Source: Chrysomallon squamiferum
Taxonomy: Eukaryota; Animalia; Mollusca
Length of the DNA stretch: 64,000 bases
Direction of reading: 5' to 3'
Assembly (NCBI GenBank): GCA_012295275.1
Contig: CM022673.1
Coordinates: forward strand, 6,634,001-6,698,000
Below are positions 1-14,419 of this stretch, in pieces; the stretch's first letter is position 1; every line of letters begins with the position of its first letter. The translations under genes and the position numbers were made by a program. Under the pieces are notes generated by a model that had not been told where the DNA came from, did not search any database, and saw nothing but the letters and a program-made list of their open reading frames with translations.

Positions 1-620
1 ACATATTACATTATTATGTTATTGCAAGGTTTGTTTAATAGAATGTATTATGTTATTGTAAGGTTCATTTAATAGAACATATTAAGGTATTATGTTATTA
101 CAAGGTTCTTTAAATAGAATGTATTATGGTATTATATTATTACAAGGTTCATTTAATAGAATGTATTATGGTATTATGTTATTACAAGGTTCATTTAAAA
201 GAATGTATTATGGTATTATATTAAGTTCACAATGTACATATATTACAGTATTAAGTTATTATAAGATTCATTTAATAGAACATATTATGGTATTCCATTA
301 TAGATTTATTAATTAATAGGTTTAATTTAATACAGTGTAATATGATATATTATTATTGCAAGGTTTGTAGGTTCAGTTTAATATTAATTAATTTTTAGGT
401 TCAGTTTAATACAATGTTATATCATATTTTGTTTTGCAGTATTTGTGCAGGTATAGGTTCACTTTAATACTGTGTACTGTTGTTGCAGTATTAATTAATT
501 TATAGGTTCAGTTTAATACAATGTAATATGGTGTTGTGTTATTTTACAGTTCATTAATTTGTAGATTGATTTCAGCAGAATATTACTGTTACAGTATTAC
601 AAGGTTTGTTTAATAAATTA
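1..620. repeat. Degenerate 42-bp minisatellite
   Basis: Unit about tattatggtattatgttattacaaggttcatttaatagaatg; best copies at 84-220; gives the 14-aa periodic ORF 92..316. Confidence 0.85.
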
Positions 621-852
621 TTGTAAATAATCAATTTATTGTTTCCACCATCTGGTCATATATTTTGGTAGATACATTTTGATAATATTTTTAATTTCAT
701 TGCAGTGTGTAGGATATCTGTTTATAAAGCTAATGAATTTATTATTTAATATATAGAAGAAAAATCAACAACACTTTTTCACAACTAATCATAAAGAAAA
801 ACATCAGCAGATATTTTTCTGTGTGGAAGGAGAATATTTCTTATTTTTTTTA

Positions 853-962
853 TTTTTTGTCAAACATTACAGACATCAATATCTATTAACAATGTTTACT
901 GTTAGAATTTTTCTGTTTGCTAAAATACCTTTGATCTTTCTTTTCCTCAGAAAATATTCAAT
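853..962 (+). repeat. Left arm of an approximately 110-bp inverted repeat pair (partner 5321-5430)
   Basis: tattaacaatgtttactgttagaatttttctgtttgctaaaatacctttgatctttc is the near-exact reverse complement of about 5341-5398. Confidence 0.85.
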
Positions 963-1486
963 ATATACCATCTAGTTTTTCTTCTGTCATTCTTTTTTTA
1001 TATAATTTTCTTTCTTTTTGTTTTTCTTTCTTTCTTTTATCATTCCTTCCTTCTTTTTTTTTATTTTATTTTAGTTTTAGTTTTTATAGTCACTGTCTTT
1101 ATTTTTTTCCTACCTTCTATCTATTTTTCTGGAAAAATTGAGTTTCCAAAACCTGAGTGTATTGTGACCAAAAAAGAAAACTTATCTTGCTAATTTCCTG
1201 CAGAGTAGATAGAGTAACCTTCCAAAGACAAGATAATAAAAGAAACTGGTTAATTTTTTGAGTATGTCCAAATGTCAGTATGTATTTGTTTGCCTCCTTA
1301 TTTACAAACCTTTGTTTTATAACATTATATGATGCAAATTGTTTTTGTTTTTTTCTTTGAACTGCTAAGTATTGGGTTTAAGTCCCAAAGGCAGATTATT
1401 ACTTGAAAAAAGAAATTAATTTTAAAATTTTTGGAGGCTATGAAATGAAGTACTGTTATGTAGATGGTAGTTTGGGGGAAGATTTT

Positions 1487-1518
<32 letters not shown>

Positions 1519-1686
1519 CTCAATTTATAAATTTTTTTTAATTATTATTTTTTTTTTTTAACATTTTTTATGACACATTTAGCAGAAATTCTATAATTAA
1601 ATTCCTTTAAAAAAAAAAAAAACCTTTCGACTGCTATTTAGTTTGACCAAATAGTGAGAAATTTGTACACTCATGCACACACTATT

Positions 1687-1922
1687 ACACACATACATGC
1701 ATACATACATACATACATACACTTATGCATTCAGACACACACACACACTAACACATGCTAACATTTTACACACATACATGCATACATACATACATACACT
1801 TGTGCATTCAGACACACACACACACTAACACATGCTAACATTTTACACACATACATGCATACATACATACACTTATGCATTCAGACACACACACACACTA
1901 ACACATGCTAACATTTTACACA
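1687..1922. repeat. Three tandem copies of a 73-81 bp CA/CATA-containing unit
   Basis: Repeated ...tgcattcagacacacacacacactaacacatgctaacatttt. Confidence 0.9.
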
Positions 1923-2015
1923 TCTGTATATCATACCGTATTGCTGAACATGTAATTAAAACTGTTTATTTGGACACACACACATACTGATTATTTTTAC
2001 ACTCCATGTTTATTT

Positions 2016-2053
<38 letters not shown>

Positions 2054-3109
2054 AGAGAGACTTAACATATGTCTGCCATAAGCTGCATCATTTATTGACT
2101 TTTTAAACCTTGTCATGTTTGGTTCTTGCTAATGAACTCGACTGGTTTTCTGTGTTGTAACAAGCTCCCAAATTTGCAGCAATTGTCAACAGAATAATTG
2201 TAAATGACCACCAAGTTTGTTTTCAAATGTAAGACTTCTGAGAATTTCTTCAGGAATAAACCACGGTGCATTAAGAATAAAATGTTTACCGTTCACATTT
2301 TAGTTTTCTGAAGTGTGCATGAAAATAATGGAGTGTTTATGGTTTTGTGTATATTTTCTGATATACAACTGGTTTGAAAGATTTTTAATTTGTTTACGGC
2401 TGTTGCTGTTAATGTTCATATTAACATGTGGTATCTATGAAATGACTGATTGAAGATTTTGTGTTTGTGTGATCTACTGGTTTTGTTTATTGTGTTTGAT
2501 TTGCTTTGTACTTTCATAAGTGAAGGCAGAGAATGAGATTATGTAAGAGAGGGAAAGATGTATTATAATGGATAACAGATGAGAGAGAAATAGAGAGAAA
2601 ATGAGATATATATATATATGTTACAAAGACCTGTGGCTAAAGGAAAAACATTCAAAATTATTCTGAAAAAACTTCAGAATAATCATTTCTTTCACCCATT
2701 CTGTGACATTATTCATTAAAAAACAAAACAAAAAACACCTCATTAAATAATTAATTATGCACAGATAACATTATTACCAATACATATATTTTTTTTTATC
2801 TCTATTTTTTTTAATCTCATTAAAAAATCTACCTTTACAAAATAACAGAAAAATAAATTCTATCACCTATTCTGTGTCATAACTCAAAGCCTCTTTAATA
2901 CCATCATTCCTTTTTAAAACAGAGAATTAGGAATTCATCCATTTATGCAACACCATTAATCCAGGTTTGTAATCTCTGCTGAAGAAGAACGAAAAAAAAA
3001 ACAAATCAGAAAAACACAGTCTTCCCTGCTAAGACCATCATTACTTACAAACCAGTTAAATAATTCAGTAATAACTAATCCATCTAAATGTCCTTCCTTA
3101 ATCGATTAA

Positions 3110-3540
3110 ACAGGATATTTTTTTTTTTTTTTTATCATCCCCTCAAGCTAAAACAACCATTTTATTCTTTCCTTTAATTCATCCCCTGAATAGAAAGAAT
3201 CCTGTTTCATTCCTCTCTCCACAGCTAAAATAAGCATTTTTTTATTTTATTATTTGATCTCTGCATAGAAAGAATCTAAAAATGTATTTCTTTTCTCTCT
3301 CCCCAGCTGAAATAAGCTTCTTTTTTTTCCTTATTTGACCCCTGCTTAGAAAGAATCCTAATATGTTCCTCTCTCCCCAACTAAAAAGGCTTTTTTTTTT
3401 ATTAATATTTATTTCCTACCATGAATAAAAAGAACCATGTTTCACTCCCCTCACCCATGACAAACAAGCATTTTTTTCTTCATTTCACCCTTGCATAGAA
3501 CGAACCCTATTTCTTCTCTCCTAAGCCAAAACATTCATTT
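3110..3540. repeat. Old degenerate tandem repeat, unit about 70 bp, 5-6 copies
   Basis: Recurring tagaaagaatcc...ttcctctctcc..cagctaaaataagc-(T)n. Confidence 0.75.
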
Positions 3541-4117
3541 TTTTTTCTTCTTTCCTTCCATTCAAAAGATTCTGTTAAAGGTAATAATAACCTAGACACT
3601 CTGTTGAAATAGATTCGTCCAGGAATAGAAAGAAACCTCTTCAGCTGAAGATGATGATAACTTAGGCAATTTGTTTAGATAACTCACTGGATATATACAC
3701 ACGTGTGTTAAAAGGGTTCTCACAACTTGATACACTGTAATGTGTGTAATATCACTTGTTATTGCACAGCTTATCCTTTCATTTTTTTGTTTGCTCCTGT
3801 CACAGTCTGACAGTGCTGACAACTAACAGGTTGAAAGATTCCTGTTTTTTGCACAGCACTTAAAACTTATTATTTTTTTTTCTCTTGTATATTTTGGCAG
3901 ATGTATTTTTTTTATTTTTTTATTTTTTTTTTTGGGGGGGGTGTAAGTTTTTTATTTTATTATTGTGGTGATATAAAAGGTGTTGAGATCTGTTACAGCT
4001 TGAGCTGTACTTGTTGAACATGTTTTTTTAGTGTTTCTTCTTTTCATTTTTTTTTTCTTGTATTTTATGTTAGAAAGATTTTTAAAGAGTTTTTCCTTAA
4101 TATTGAAAGTTTTTATT

Positions 4118-4155
<38 letters not shown>

Positions 4156-5320
4156 TAAAAAAAATTCAAATATTTCAAACAAATTTTACATTTTGTATTA
4201 AAAAAGAAATCAATCTGTGTTCTCAAAATCTCAAATCTCACCTTTACACCGTTATTACCGAAATAATTTTAACCCTATTCTTTAAACCTTTATGAGCAAG
4301 GAACACCAAATGTATTGTGGAATTTTTTTTTTTTTTTTTTTTTTTTTTTTGTTAAGTGTTTATTTACATTCTTGGAACATATGTTCCTGGTGTGGGTCTG
4401 GAAGTGGAATCATAAAGAGAAGTGGGAAGAGGTGGATATTTTTACAGATGTCCTAATCCTCCAGGCCTTGTTTAACAAACACTGTGAAAACATTTATCAC
4501 ACACTGCTAGGTGTGAGGTATTAAAACTCTTGTCACTTAGTACACTCAGCTTACACTGAGTGAAAAAAAATAAATGAAGCTTGGTGGTAATGTCTGATAA
4601 TATAGTCTCTGGCTCAGTGTAAGAGTGTTTGAAGATTTACAGGTTCTAGGATCAATTCATGCCATGGGAGGGGTACCTAATGATTTTTTTTTTTTTTTTT
4701 TTTTTATATATATATATATTTACACCATTCCAACCAGTGGTGTTTGTTATTGCTGTAAATGTTCTCATAAATGTTCAGTTAATGTGTGATTTTTCATTCA
4801 TGCCAATATTGTTTTTCCCATTTCTAGCAATTTTTCTATCAGTGCACTTACTCTTCCATGAATGCCAAATGATTTCCCAATCTAACTAATATTTTAATTT
4901 CCTAATCCAGCCATTCTACTAAAGTTTAAAAAAATATATGGTATATACTCTATGGGAGGGTGTATGCAAGATTCATTCTTGTGATTATTAAGAAGAAAAA
5001 AATGAAGAGAGAGTAGAGCAAAACCTTTTATATATATATATATATATATATATGAGAAGGAGAGAGATGAATTGATGGATATAGAAATAAAGATATAGAT
5101 ATGTATATAACTAAATAAAAATAAGTTAATGAATCATTAAATATTCATTTAATTACTCACTCCAAAAAATAAAAGAAAGAAAATATGAATGTCAGATTTA
5201 AAAATTAACTTTCAGCAAATATCATTTCTTTTACTGTGTTATTCAGATTTGAAAATGAAAAGTTTTTGAAACTAAATGAAAAAAAAATAATAATAATAAC
5301 AGTGGCAGGAAGACAAATAT

Positions 5321-5430
5321 TTGAATAATTTGCAGAGGAAAGAAAGATCAAAGGTATTTTAGCAAACAGAAAAATTGTAACAGTAAACATTGTTAATAAC
5401 AATTGACATTTGTGATGTTGGACAAAAACA
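5321..5430 (-). repeat. Right arm of the inverted repeat pair (partner 853-962)
   Basis: gaaagatcaaaggtattttagcaaacagaaaaattgtaacagtaaacattgttaata. Confidence 0.85.
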
Positions 5431-6463
5431 AAATAAAATAGAGAGATAAAAAGAAGGAAAAAAAAAAAAATTATTCCAAGAAAAAAAAAAAAAAAAGAAG
5501 AAAATACATGTAGATTTCCTTTTATTTTAGAAATAAACTTAAGTTTTCATTTATTTATTTATTTATTTTTTTTTATTAATTAAAATATTTACTTTTAGCT
5601 ATCTTTATTTTGTTTTCATTTCATTTTAAATGGTGATTAAATGATTTATTTTGTGGGGTTTTTTTGTTAAAATATTTACTTTCAATTATCTTTGGGTTTT
5701 TTTGGTAAACAATTATTTATTTAGTTAAATTTTTTTTTTTTTTTTCTTTTATTTTTTTATTCTTTTTTAATTAATTAAATATTTATTTTCTGTTATCTTT
5801 GTTGTATATTTATTTTGTTTTTGTTATATTTGTAATTATTTAACTGAAAGATTTTTTTACATATATAAACCTTTTTTCATTGAATTCAAAAGAGTTACTT
5901 TAACATCTTTAAACAGAAACTGAAAAACAAACAATCCTCAAGAAACCAAAATTTTTATTTTATAAACTCTTAAATTTTGTAATAATTATAATATATATTT
6001 TTTTAAATATGAAATAATATTAATATTATAATTACTGTTATTGTTGTTGTTGTTTTTGTCACTGTTAAATAAATAAAGAAAAAAAGAAAAACAAAAAGCC
6101 AAGGACATGCTTTTCGGTATTTATAAAACATCAGATCACATCCATACCTTTTTAGTCTATACATATATATTCCTATTTCTCTTTTCACTCCCTTTTCACA
6201 GAGTAATTTCAAACTGTTGTTAAAAAACATGAGTTATCAGTAGTTTTCACACAGGCAGAGATATGGGTTGTTTTGGGGTTGTTTTTGTTTTGAGAGTCTG
6301 ACTAATCTATCCTGTACACTGGATGCAAATTACATCTTGCTATCAAGTGCTGAGAAGACATGTAAGAAAAACAACTAGTGTATGACATGTTAAAATCAGG
6401 GGGAGTGTTTATTGTTGTGCTGAACAAGCTTGTTCAGAAGCACTCAGTGGAAATAGGTCTCAT

Positions 6464-6496
<33 letters not shown>

Positions 6497-9400
6497 AAAC
6501 CAGGAATGTAAACCCAGGGAAAGTTTTCATTCAAGAATTTTTTTTTTAGTTCTGAAAAAAAAAAAAGACAGAAAGAGAGACAGAAGAAGGGAAGAAATGA
6601 TGAGAGATACAATAACATTGGACACAATAAAATATTTTACTTTTTTTTTTCTAATTTGTAATTTACTGTTTATGGATTGTTTTCTCTTTCTAGAATTATA
6701 TTGTCAGATTTTCTTCCTGGGATACTGTGAAATAAATAAAACTGAAATAAAAAAAAAATATATAAGTTGATTCTTATTTTAAAGCCATAATTTTTTTTAA
6801 TTATTATTATAATTGTGGTTAGCCAGTATTTTTTTTTTATAATCCCTCAACACTTTTATAGATATTAAAAATAAACCTCATACCTATTTCAGTTTTATTA
6901 TTCTTCATTTATTGTTATATTATTGCTGTTTTATTTTAAATTCATGTTATTATATATTTATTTTAAAAAAAAAAAATAAAAAAAAAAATTGCTTTTAAGA
7001 AATGAAAAAAATATCCCTACAGACTTTAACAAAAGAAAGAAGAAAATAAAAAAAAAAATCGTTTAAAAAAAAAAAAAAACAGCTTCCAGATGTCATTTGA
7101 CAGTATTTGTTTTTAATGATACCATGTTGCATGCAGTATTGCCGATTTTTATTATTTTTTTTTTTTCATTATTTTTTTTCCCCTGCCTATTCTGTGGCCC
7201 TCTGATAATTTACACTTGTTTGCACAAGAGATTCTGTCAAATTATGTTCTGATTTAATAGTCTGTTTTTATTTTTTAATTTTTTTTTTATAAATTAAACT
7301 TTCTCAACTTTTATGCAAATTTTATTCAAACAGCCGATGGTGCCGTATGGACTTGATAAATTGGTGTTTTCCAACATCTCAATAGAATCTGATTTATTTC
7401 CCCAGTGTTCTTAACTGCCAATTAAAACCAACTTCAAATCCACTTTAATTCAATTTTTCCATCTTAAAGACACTGTAGTCTCATGAAATATGGAGTTGAA
7501 TGTTTATTATTCTCAAACAGACTTAATTTTTGCCATCGAATCTTTCTCCAAGTCTGACTGCTCCTCCATCACAAAGATCAAAGCCTGAGTGTGGCTGCGA
7601 CTCGCAGGCTGTTTTCTATTACTGACAAATTTAGTGATTTTTATTAAGAAATATTGCCTCAGCTTTTTCTCTTAGCCATTTGTGGTCTAAGCTAATTCGC
7701 ATGTACCCAACTCAAAACTTAATTCGCTAAGTGTTAACTCCCGAACTGCATTACAAAGCAAATGTGTGTCATTTGACTCGAATTGTTCAGTCAAAGATGT
7801 AATGGCCTGTTTGAAAATTCCGTTTTATATTCATGTGCAAGTGAATAACTTTACCCGAAGTTTACAGCACTGATGGAAATGTTTTTGACTTCAAAGGAAA
7901 CTCACAGCAAATGTCATTACAGACGGATTTTAATTATTTATCAAAGGAAATGGGTTTTGGCACATAGTAATTAACAAGTGGGGTTCAGTGGGGCTTCGGC
8001 TACGAAGCTGTGCGAGTTCTTCACGTGACGGGCATCGCTGGTGTTGTCACCAGTGCTGATTACGTTTCGGACAACTTTCTGTCGTGAGTTTGCAGAGTTT
8101 TGGGGTAGTTTTTGAAGAGAGACTAATTTTTTATCCGTGTTAATGTAGATAAATTTTAGCTTTTGTCCCTCGTGGCTAACATATTTCACTGCACGCATGT
8201 TCTTTTGTGTGAATGTTTGTGTATGTATGCATGCATGCAATGATGTGTGTCTGTATATGTGGTCCTCTGTGTGTTTGTGTATGTATATAGTCATCATTCA
8301 GACTCAGCTTACCCTGACATACATTGTCTGTGTTCTCTCATCAAGAAGCCAGACTCTTACCCAGATTCTTGTCTGTGTTCTGTTCATACAACATATCTTG
8401 ACATTCATCGTTTGCGACAGAACTAAATGTAATTGTTTCATGAAAATTTCAAATCCATATTCACTAATACAAGTCAACCTAATCAAGCCTTAGTAATGAT
8501 TTTTTATTAACTTTTTCCTTTTGCATTTTTTTTATTTATCTTTTTTTTTTTTTTTTTTTTTTTTTTTGGAGCTAATAATTTTGTGATATAATTTGATAAT
8601 ATCTGACAAATATTTAGAGAAGAGGAATTTTGTTTTGTATGTGTTAGTGTTTCAGATAGAGAGAGAGTATATGTATATACTTCATGCACATTCATTAGTG
8701 TTTTTAAATACACGATAAGTAAAATATAGTCAATATAATTATTTAAATGTTTGCAAATTTTTATTTTATACAGACACATGAAAACATACACAAATAAAAT
8801 TAAATACACAGAAACACACACACACACATATACACAGAAACACACAGACACACTGTATATGTCTAAAAGACAACTGAAACAATCGATAAAAAAACATTTT
8901 CCTCTCATCATACTTTTTACATTTTTTTTACCCCTTTTCTTATGGTTGTTTTTTTTTTTTCTCTTTTTTTTCTTAAAGACTGGTTTAAAATCCATACATA
9001 TTGATTACTAACTATAGAAGAGATAGACTTGGGTTACATGCCATTAATGGACTTTGTCTTTGTCAGGGCCATCTGAGAGACCAATGAATTAAAACCGGTT
9101 TTGGAAACTGATATTTTGATTTGTTTTTTTCCTTATTAGAAAAATGTAAGTGAAACTTGAAAGCCTCTCTTAATTATCTCTTTATCTTAAAGAAAAAGAA
9201 AATTTTTTTTTTTATAATAACAGTGTAAAAATTTGTTTCTTCTGTTTTCTTGAATTTTTCATTTCACTATGAAGCATGAGTAGCTTTTAAAACTAATAGT
9301 TAAAATAATGGATGTTAATGTTATCATTTAAATTATTTTTTAAATAACTTTTCAAATCATTATTACATTTTTTTTTTTTTTTTTTTTTTTTTATATATAT

Positions 9401-11546
9401 ATATATATTTTAGAGATTGTTTTTAATGAGAAACATACCAAATAATGTATGTTTTGGGAAATAATTTTTCAATTTTTTTTTTTTTTTTTAAATATTGTGG
9501 AATAAAAATTCAGAAATAAATTTTCATTTAAAAAAAAAAAAAAAAAAAACATTACAAATTGATAAATATTGTTCAACAGACAAGATGTATATGTTTTTGG
9601 CACTAAATTCTAAGCTTATTATAAAAATCTGATGCATACAGTTACATTTTCAAATTTATTTTCTTTTTTTTATGTGTGAAATCTTGACAGTTTAAATTAA
9701 AAAAAAAAATGATAATAATTATGTCCAATCTATTATTTGTCATATGTTTGGCTAAAAATGTTCTCAAGTTGCTTCTGAGCTGTAGGTGTTTTTGTTTTTA
9801 TTTGGTTTTACTTTTAAATAAAGAATAATTTTCTTTTCTTTTATGCCAAAAAAAGAAGAAGAAGAAAGGAGTAATAATAATAATCATCCAGTTTTATACT
9901 GTTTAATTTCAATTTATTTGTTTGACTGATCATTATAATGGTTTATTCTTTTTCTTTCATTTTAACCACAAACAAATTTGGCATATTTAATTTTCATTCC
10001 TTTATTAATCTTTTTTTCTCTCTTTTTTTTGTTTTCTTTACAATTTTTTTTCGCAGACTTTTTCTTTATTTTTTCTCTCTTTCAATCTTTCTTTCTTTTT
10101 TTATATTTATTAATCTTTATCTATGCATTATTTTCATTCTGATCTCTTAAAAAGTAAGACCATTGATTGAATTTGCAGACATGTTCTGTTTTACATAATT
10201 ACAAAGCAGATTGTATCCAAGCTTATTGAAAAGTCTGTCACAGCTGGTTACAGAAATTGACCAAATTTATAAAATTTTATTACGATAAAGTCTCCTTTTT
10301 TTTCCATACCCACTGCTATTTCCTTCTGTTGTAATGGCAATGGTGAGAAATAGATGGTGCAAATTTGTTCATATGTCGTCTAATATTGAAGAAAAGCTAA
10401 TCTGGAATGGGTCATTTAGAAAACAGCTTTCGAAATTATTAACCAAGTTATTCATGTTAGTGGCAAGTTATGAGGCAGCCATGTTTATTTTTCTGTTTAT
10501 CTTTAATTAATTATTTGTCTGTTCAAAATTGTTTTCTTCTTCATTGCAAATTATCTGTTATTTGTTTAACTTTTTTCTCCCATCTCACTCTTCAGTCGCA
10601 GTCGTTATTTGATTTTGAGAAAACTTTATTAAACTCTGGATGTTTTATTTCTGTCATTTGTAATTCTGCTTTTTAAACAAAAGTTAAAAAGTGTCGGATT
10701 TTATTTTAAATGATTTTTCTCCTTTTTTGAAATATTTTTTTTGTCATTCATTATTAATTTATTTATTGCCATTTTTCAGTTTCAATTTTATAGTTGATTA
10801 TTGTGTGTGAGTTTGATTATTAATTTTATTCATTTCATTTTTTTATGTTTTTTAAATATTTATGTTTGTTGTTTATTTTATTTTATTTTAATATCTTTGT
10901 TTATTTATTTCATTATCATAATTGTTATAATTAATGAGATAATCAATAATTATATAGTTAGCAAACAACCCACTTAAAATTATAAAGAAGAAACAATACA
11001 GGTGTGAAATTTTAACAAAAGATACATACAACCATACTTTCCCAAAACCTCAACCAGAAAAATTGTATAATCTTTTTATCAAAAAAGCTGTACATTCCTT
11101 TAAGCATATATGATAAATGTATAAGTGCATGTGTGTGTTTTTGATACACAAAGAAATTAAATTATATTTAAAAAAATAAACCCAACTAAATCTTTACAAA
11201 ATATTGAGCAGACTTTGAATAAAGGACTGAGCAGAATGCTAACAATGGAAATTTCAAGCTTCAGCTAAAGTACTTGACTTTATAATGGCCTACGGGGACA
11301 TTTAAATAATTATTATACATAAGCATGGCAGTTTTTTCCACGTCATTGAATTATCAATTCACCTCAGGATTATCTGCTGCAAGCCGAGCTCTCCAGTGTG
11401 AAAAAGATCAAAATGTTGCTGCCACCCTAGTCATTTTCAGCAGCGGCTGCATTCACAGTGTCAGTTATGGGCGTGGTGCCCGCTTTGTTCCTTTTTTGTG
11501 TTACGATATGCTTCATTTCACAAGCAAACTTGGATCACTGCATCTG

Positions 11547-11579
<33 letters not shown>

Positions 11580-14370
11580 CGACAAAGGATTTTCGTTTTC
11601 TTTCTCTCTCACTCTTAAAGTCAAAATGCTTTGACATGCAACGAAAAACAAAACAAAACAAAAAAGATGAAAAGAAATAAAAAAAGAAAAAAAAAGAAAA
11701 ACAGTGATGGTTTTAGAAACAAATAAAAGAAAAGGGGGGAAAAAAGAAAAAAAAATACATGTCTTGGGGTGTGAAACTGGTACTCAACAGACTTCCTGCT
11801 GATAATGATGACAAAAGGAAGTTAGCCAGAACTGCGCCTCAGAGGAATGAAAGAGAGATGTCACTGTAATATAACTTTGTCAACAACATATGTCAAGGAA
11901 GATCCTTCTCCCCTTGTCTCCTTTTCAAGAGAACTTTTTCCCCTTTTAGCTAACAGAATTTTCCTTGTCATTTGAAAACTCAGGCCTTATTTTTTTCTTA
12001 TTGTTTCTCATCCCTTCTGCTTTCATTTTCATCTCTTGCTGTTCAATCTCTTCTTTTATTCTTATCTTTCTCTTGCATCCTTCTTTCACTTTTTATCTCT
12101 TTTTCCTTCCATCCTGTTTTTCTGTTTTATCCCTAAAGAAACCTACTCACTCTTTCTATTAACTATGTTTATACAAGAGGGGGGGACCTTACCTCTTCCT
12201 CCGTTAGTGGGGATGAGAGAGACAGCTGAATGACTGTGAAGTTGAAGGAAGATTAGAGAGAGAAAAATGCATGGGAAAGACTTGAATGAAGACCACATAA
12301 TCCACAAAATGTTCCACTGTCACTGGCCAGGCCAAGAGCTAATCGAAGCCTTTTGACAGACCATTTCCTGCATCTTGTCAACGAGTGCTTAGGCTAGGCA
12401 GGTTTTAGAATCTCTGTATTGTAGACCAGATAAAGTCGGTCAAATTGTGGAGGAAAATAATGTTATTATTCGTTTCATGGTTGTGAACTTTTGGAAGAAG
12501 TTACAGAGGAATTCTTCTGACTTCCCTTCTCGACAGTTTTAAATTGTGGATGTGGGTATCAGTAATGGGTGAAAAAGTTGGTCAATTGATAAATATTGTA
12601 GAATAAAAAAAAATCTATATTATTTTTCATTCATGGTTGTGAAATGTTGGTACAAGTTGTACAGGTTGATTTATTTATTGGTTAAAAAGAGTCACGTTTT
12701 GGCTCACATCCAAAGACAGTTTCAAAGATGTGGCTTATTTTTACAGTATTGAACAATCCTGAATTTACCAAAGAATTTCTGTTTAAAAATAACAATTATT
12801 AAATATCTCAAAAAAACTCTGAGTATTACAGTAATAAAAGGGACAGAATAATATGATTACTCATACAACATTGTCAACAGTAGCATAATTTATAATTTTC
12901 CCAAGTTGTAATGAAAAAAGAGAAAAAAAAAATTTCATTAACACATTAAAGACAATGAAATTCTGATATATACTCAAATATTGATTACAATAAATGTACA
13001 TAGATCTTCATTTATATCAGTTTCATTAACGTCATTCATTCTCATTACAACAGATTCGACTGTATCACTATAACATTATACTCGACACGTTTATGAAAAA
13101 TTACATAAATTCCTGTATGTCGCCGCCAGTGATGTAATAACTCAATGGAAATTATATCCTCCAGTAATTGAGATGTCTCAAGTTTCTGTGTCTTAACATA
13201 GATAGATCATCATCAAGCCAAATGACGACATACAAGCATAATTGGTTGATTATCGCTAATGCCGGTTTCTACATGACAGAATCTGATTCTCCATTCATCT
13301 CTTTGGGTCACTTTTGAGGTCACCGTATTACATCAGCTGTCAGATAGTTTGGCACTGACCACAGCCCAGTTTTTGTTTCATTACTAACTGAGGGCTGTTA
13401 AGTTGTCTAGGGACTGGAATAACTTACAGACAGATTACTCAACCTGGTTTACTTTTGGCTTTTCATTACACTTTTTGGGTTAAAAGTGAGATTGTCGTTT
13501 CTGTGTGGTTTTCTTTGTGATTATTATTATTATTATTATTTTTTAATTTGGGCTTTTTGGTTAATTATGAATTTTGTGGTTTATTTTGAAATGGATAAGA
13601 TTTTTTTGTTTGTTTTGTATTTTTCCCCCCTGTTTTCATACATGTTTCATGTTGTTATGTATCTTCAAAATGTGTGTTTTTATTTTTACTTTTTATTTGC
13701 CTTTCATTTTGTAAGCTGAATTCGTTAGGAAAAGGTGGCACTTTTTCTTTGTTTCTGCTGCAATTGTTACAAAAACTTTATAGTGACCAACATGCAAACA
13801 TACCAACTACCAATATACAAAACATTTTGAAAAATCATTAACCTTTATATTATTTCCTTAGTATAAAAACAAATAAAAATCAATAAATGTTAAAGTCAAA
13901 CATTTCTCAAATGCTTATGATTCTTACAACAACAACAAAAGAATCACTGTCACAAATTACTATCACTTTGACATTGGTTTGTCATGTCACTTTGTCATCC
14001 GACAACACTCTGACACAGGTTGCCATGTCATTTTGTCACCCCATTATCACCTTTGGTGACAGCAAGCAAGGCAGATGGGAAGCATTAGTGTGAAAGTTTA
14101 ATCTTGAAATTTTTCGATGTTGAAAATTTCTTTGAATTAGTAGCGTTAATGTAATTTCTAATGATTATTTTGAATGTCATTACTAGGTTTTTCTCAGTGT
14201 TGCAGTAACAAAATGTGATATGCTGTTTCAGAGATGTTAAAGGTTCAAATGAATTTTCATAATTTAAAATACTAAATAGGGTACTGAAAGTTAAAAAACT
14301 CGAATTTTTCTCCTTTTTTCTGTATTGGTTCTAAATTCTCTGTCTCTCTCTCTGTATATGTGTGAGTTTG

Positions 14371-14419
<49 letters not shown>

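Noticed and set aside
92-316. ORF with a 14-aa repeat
   Set aside because: By-product of the 42-bp minisatellite.
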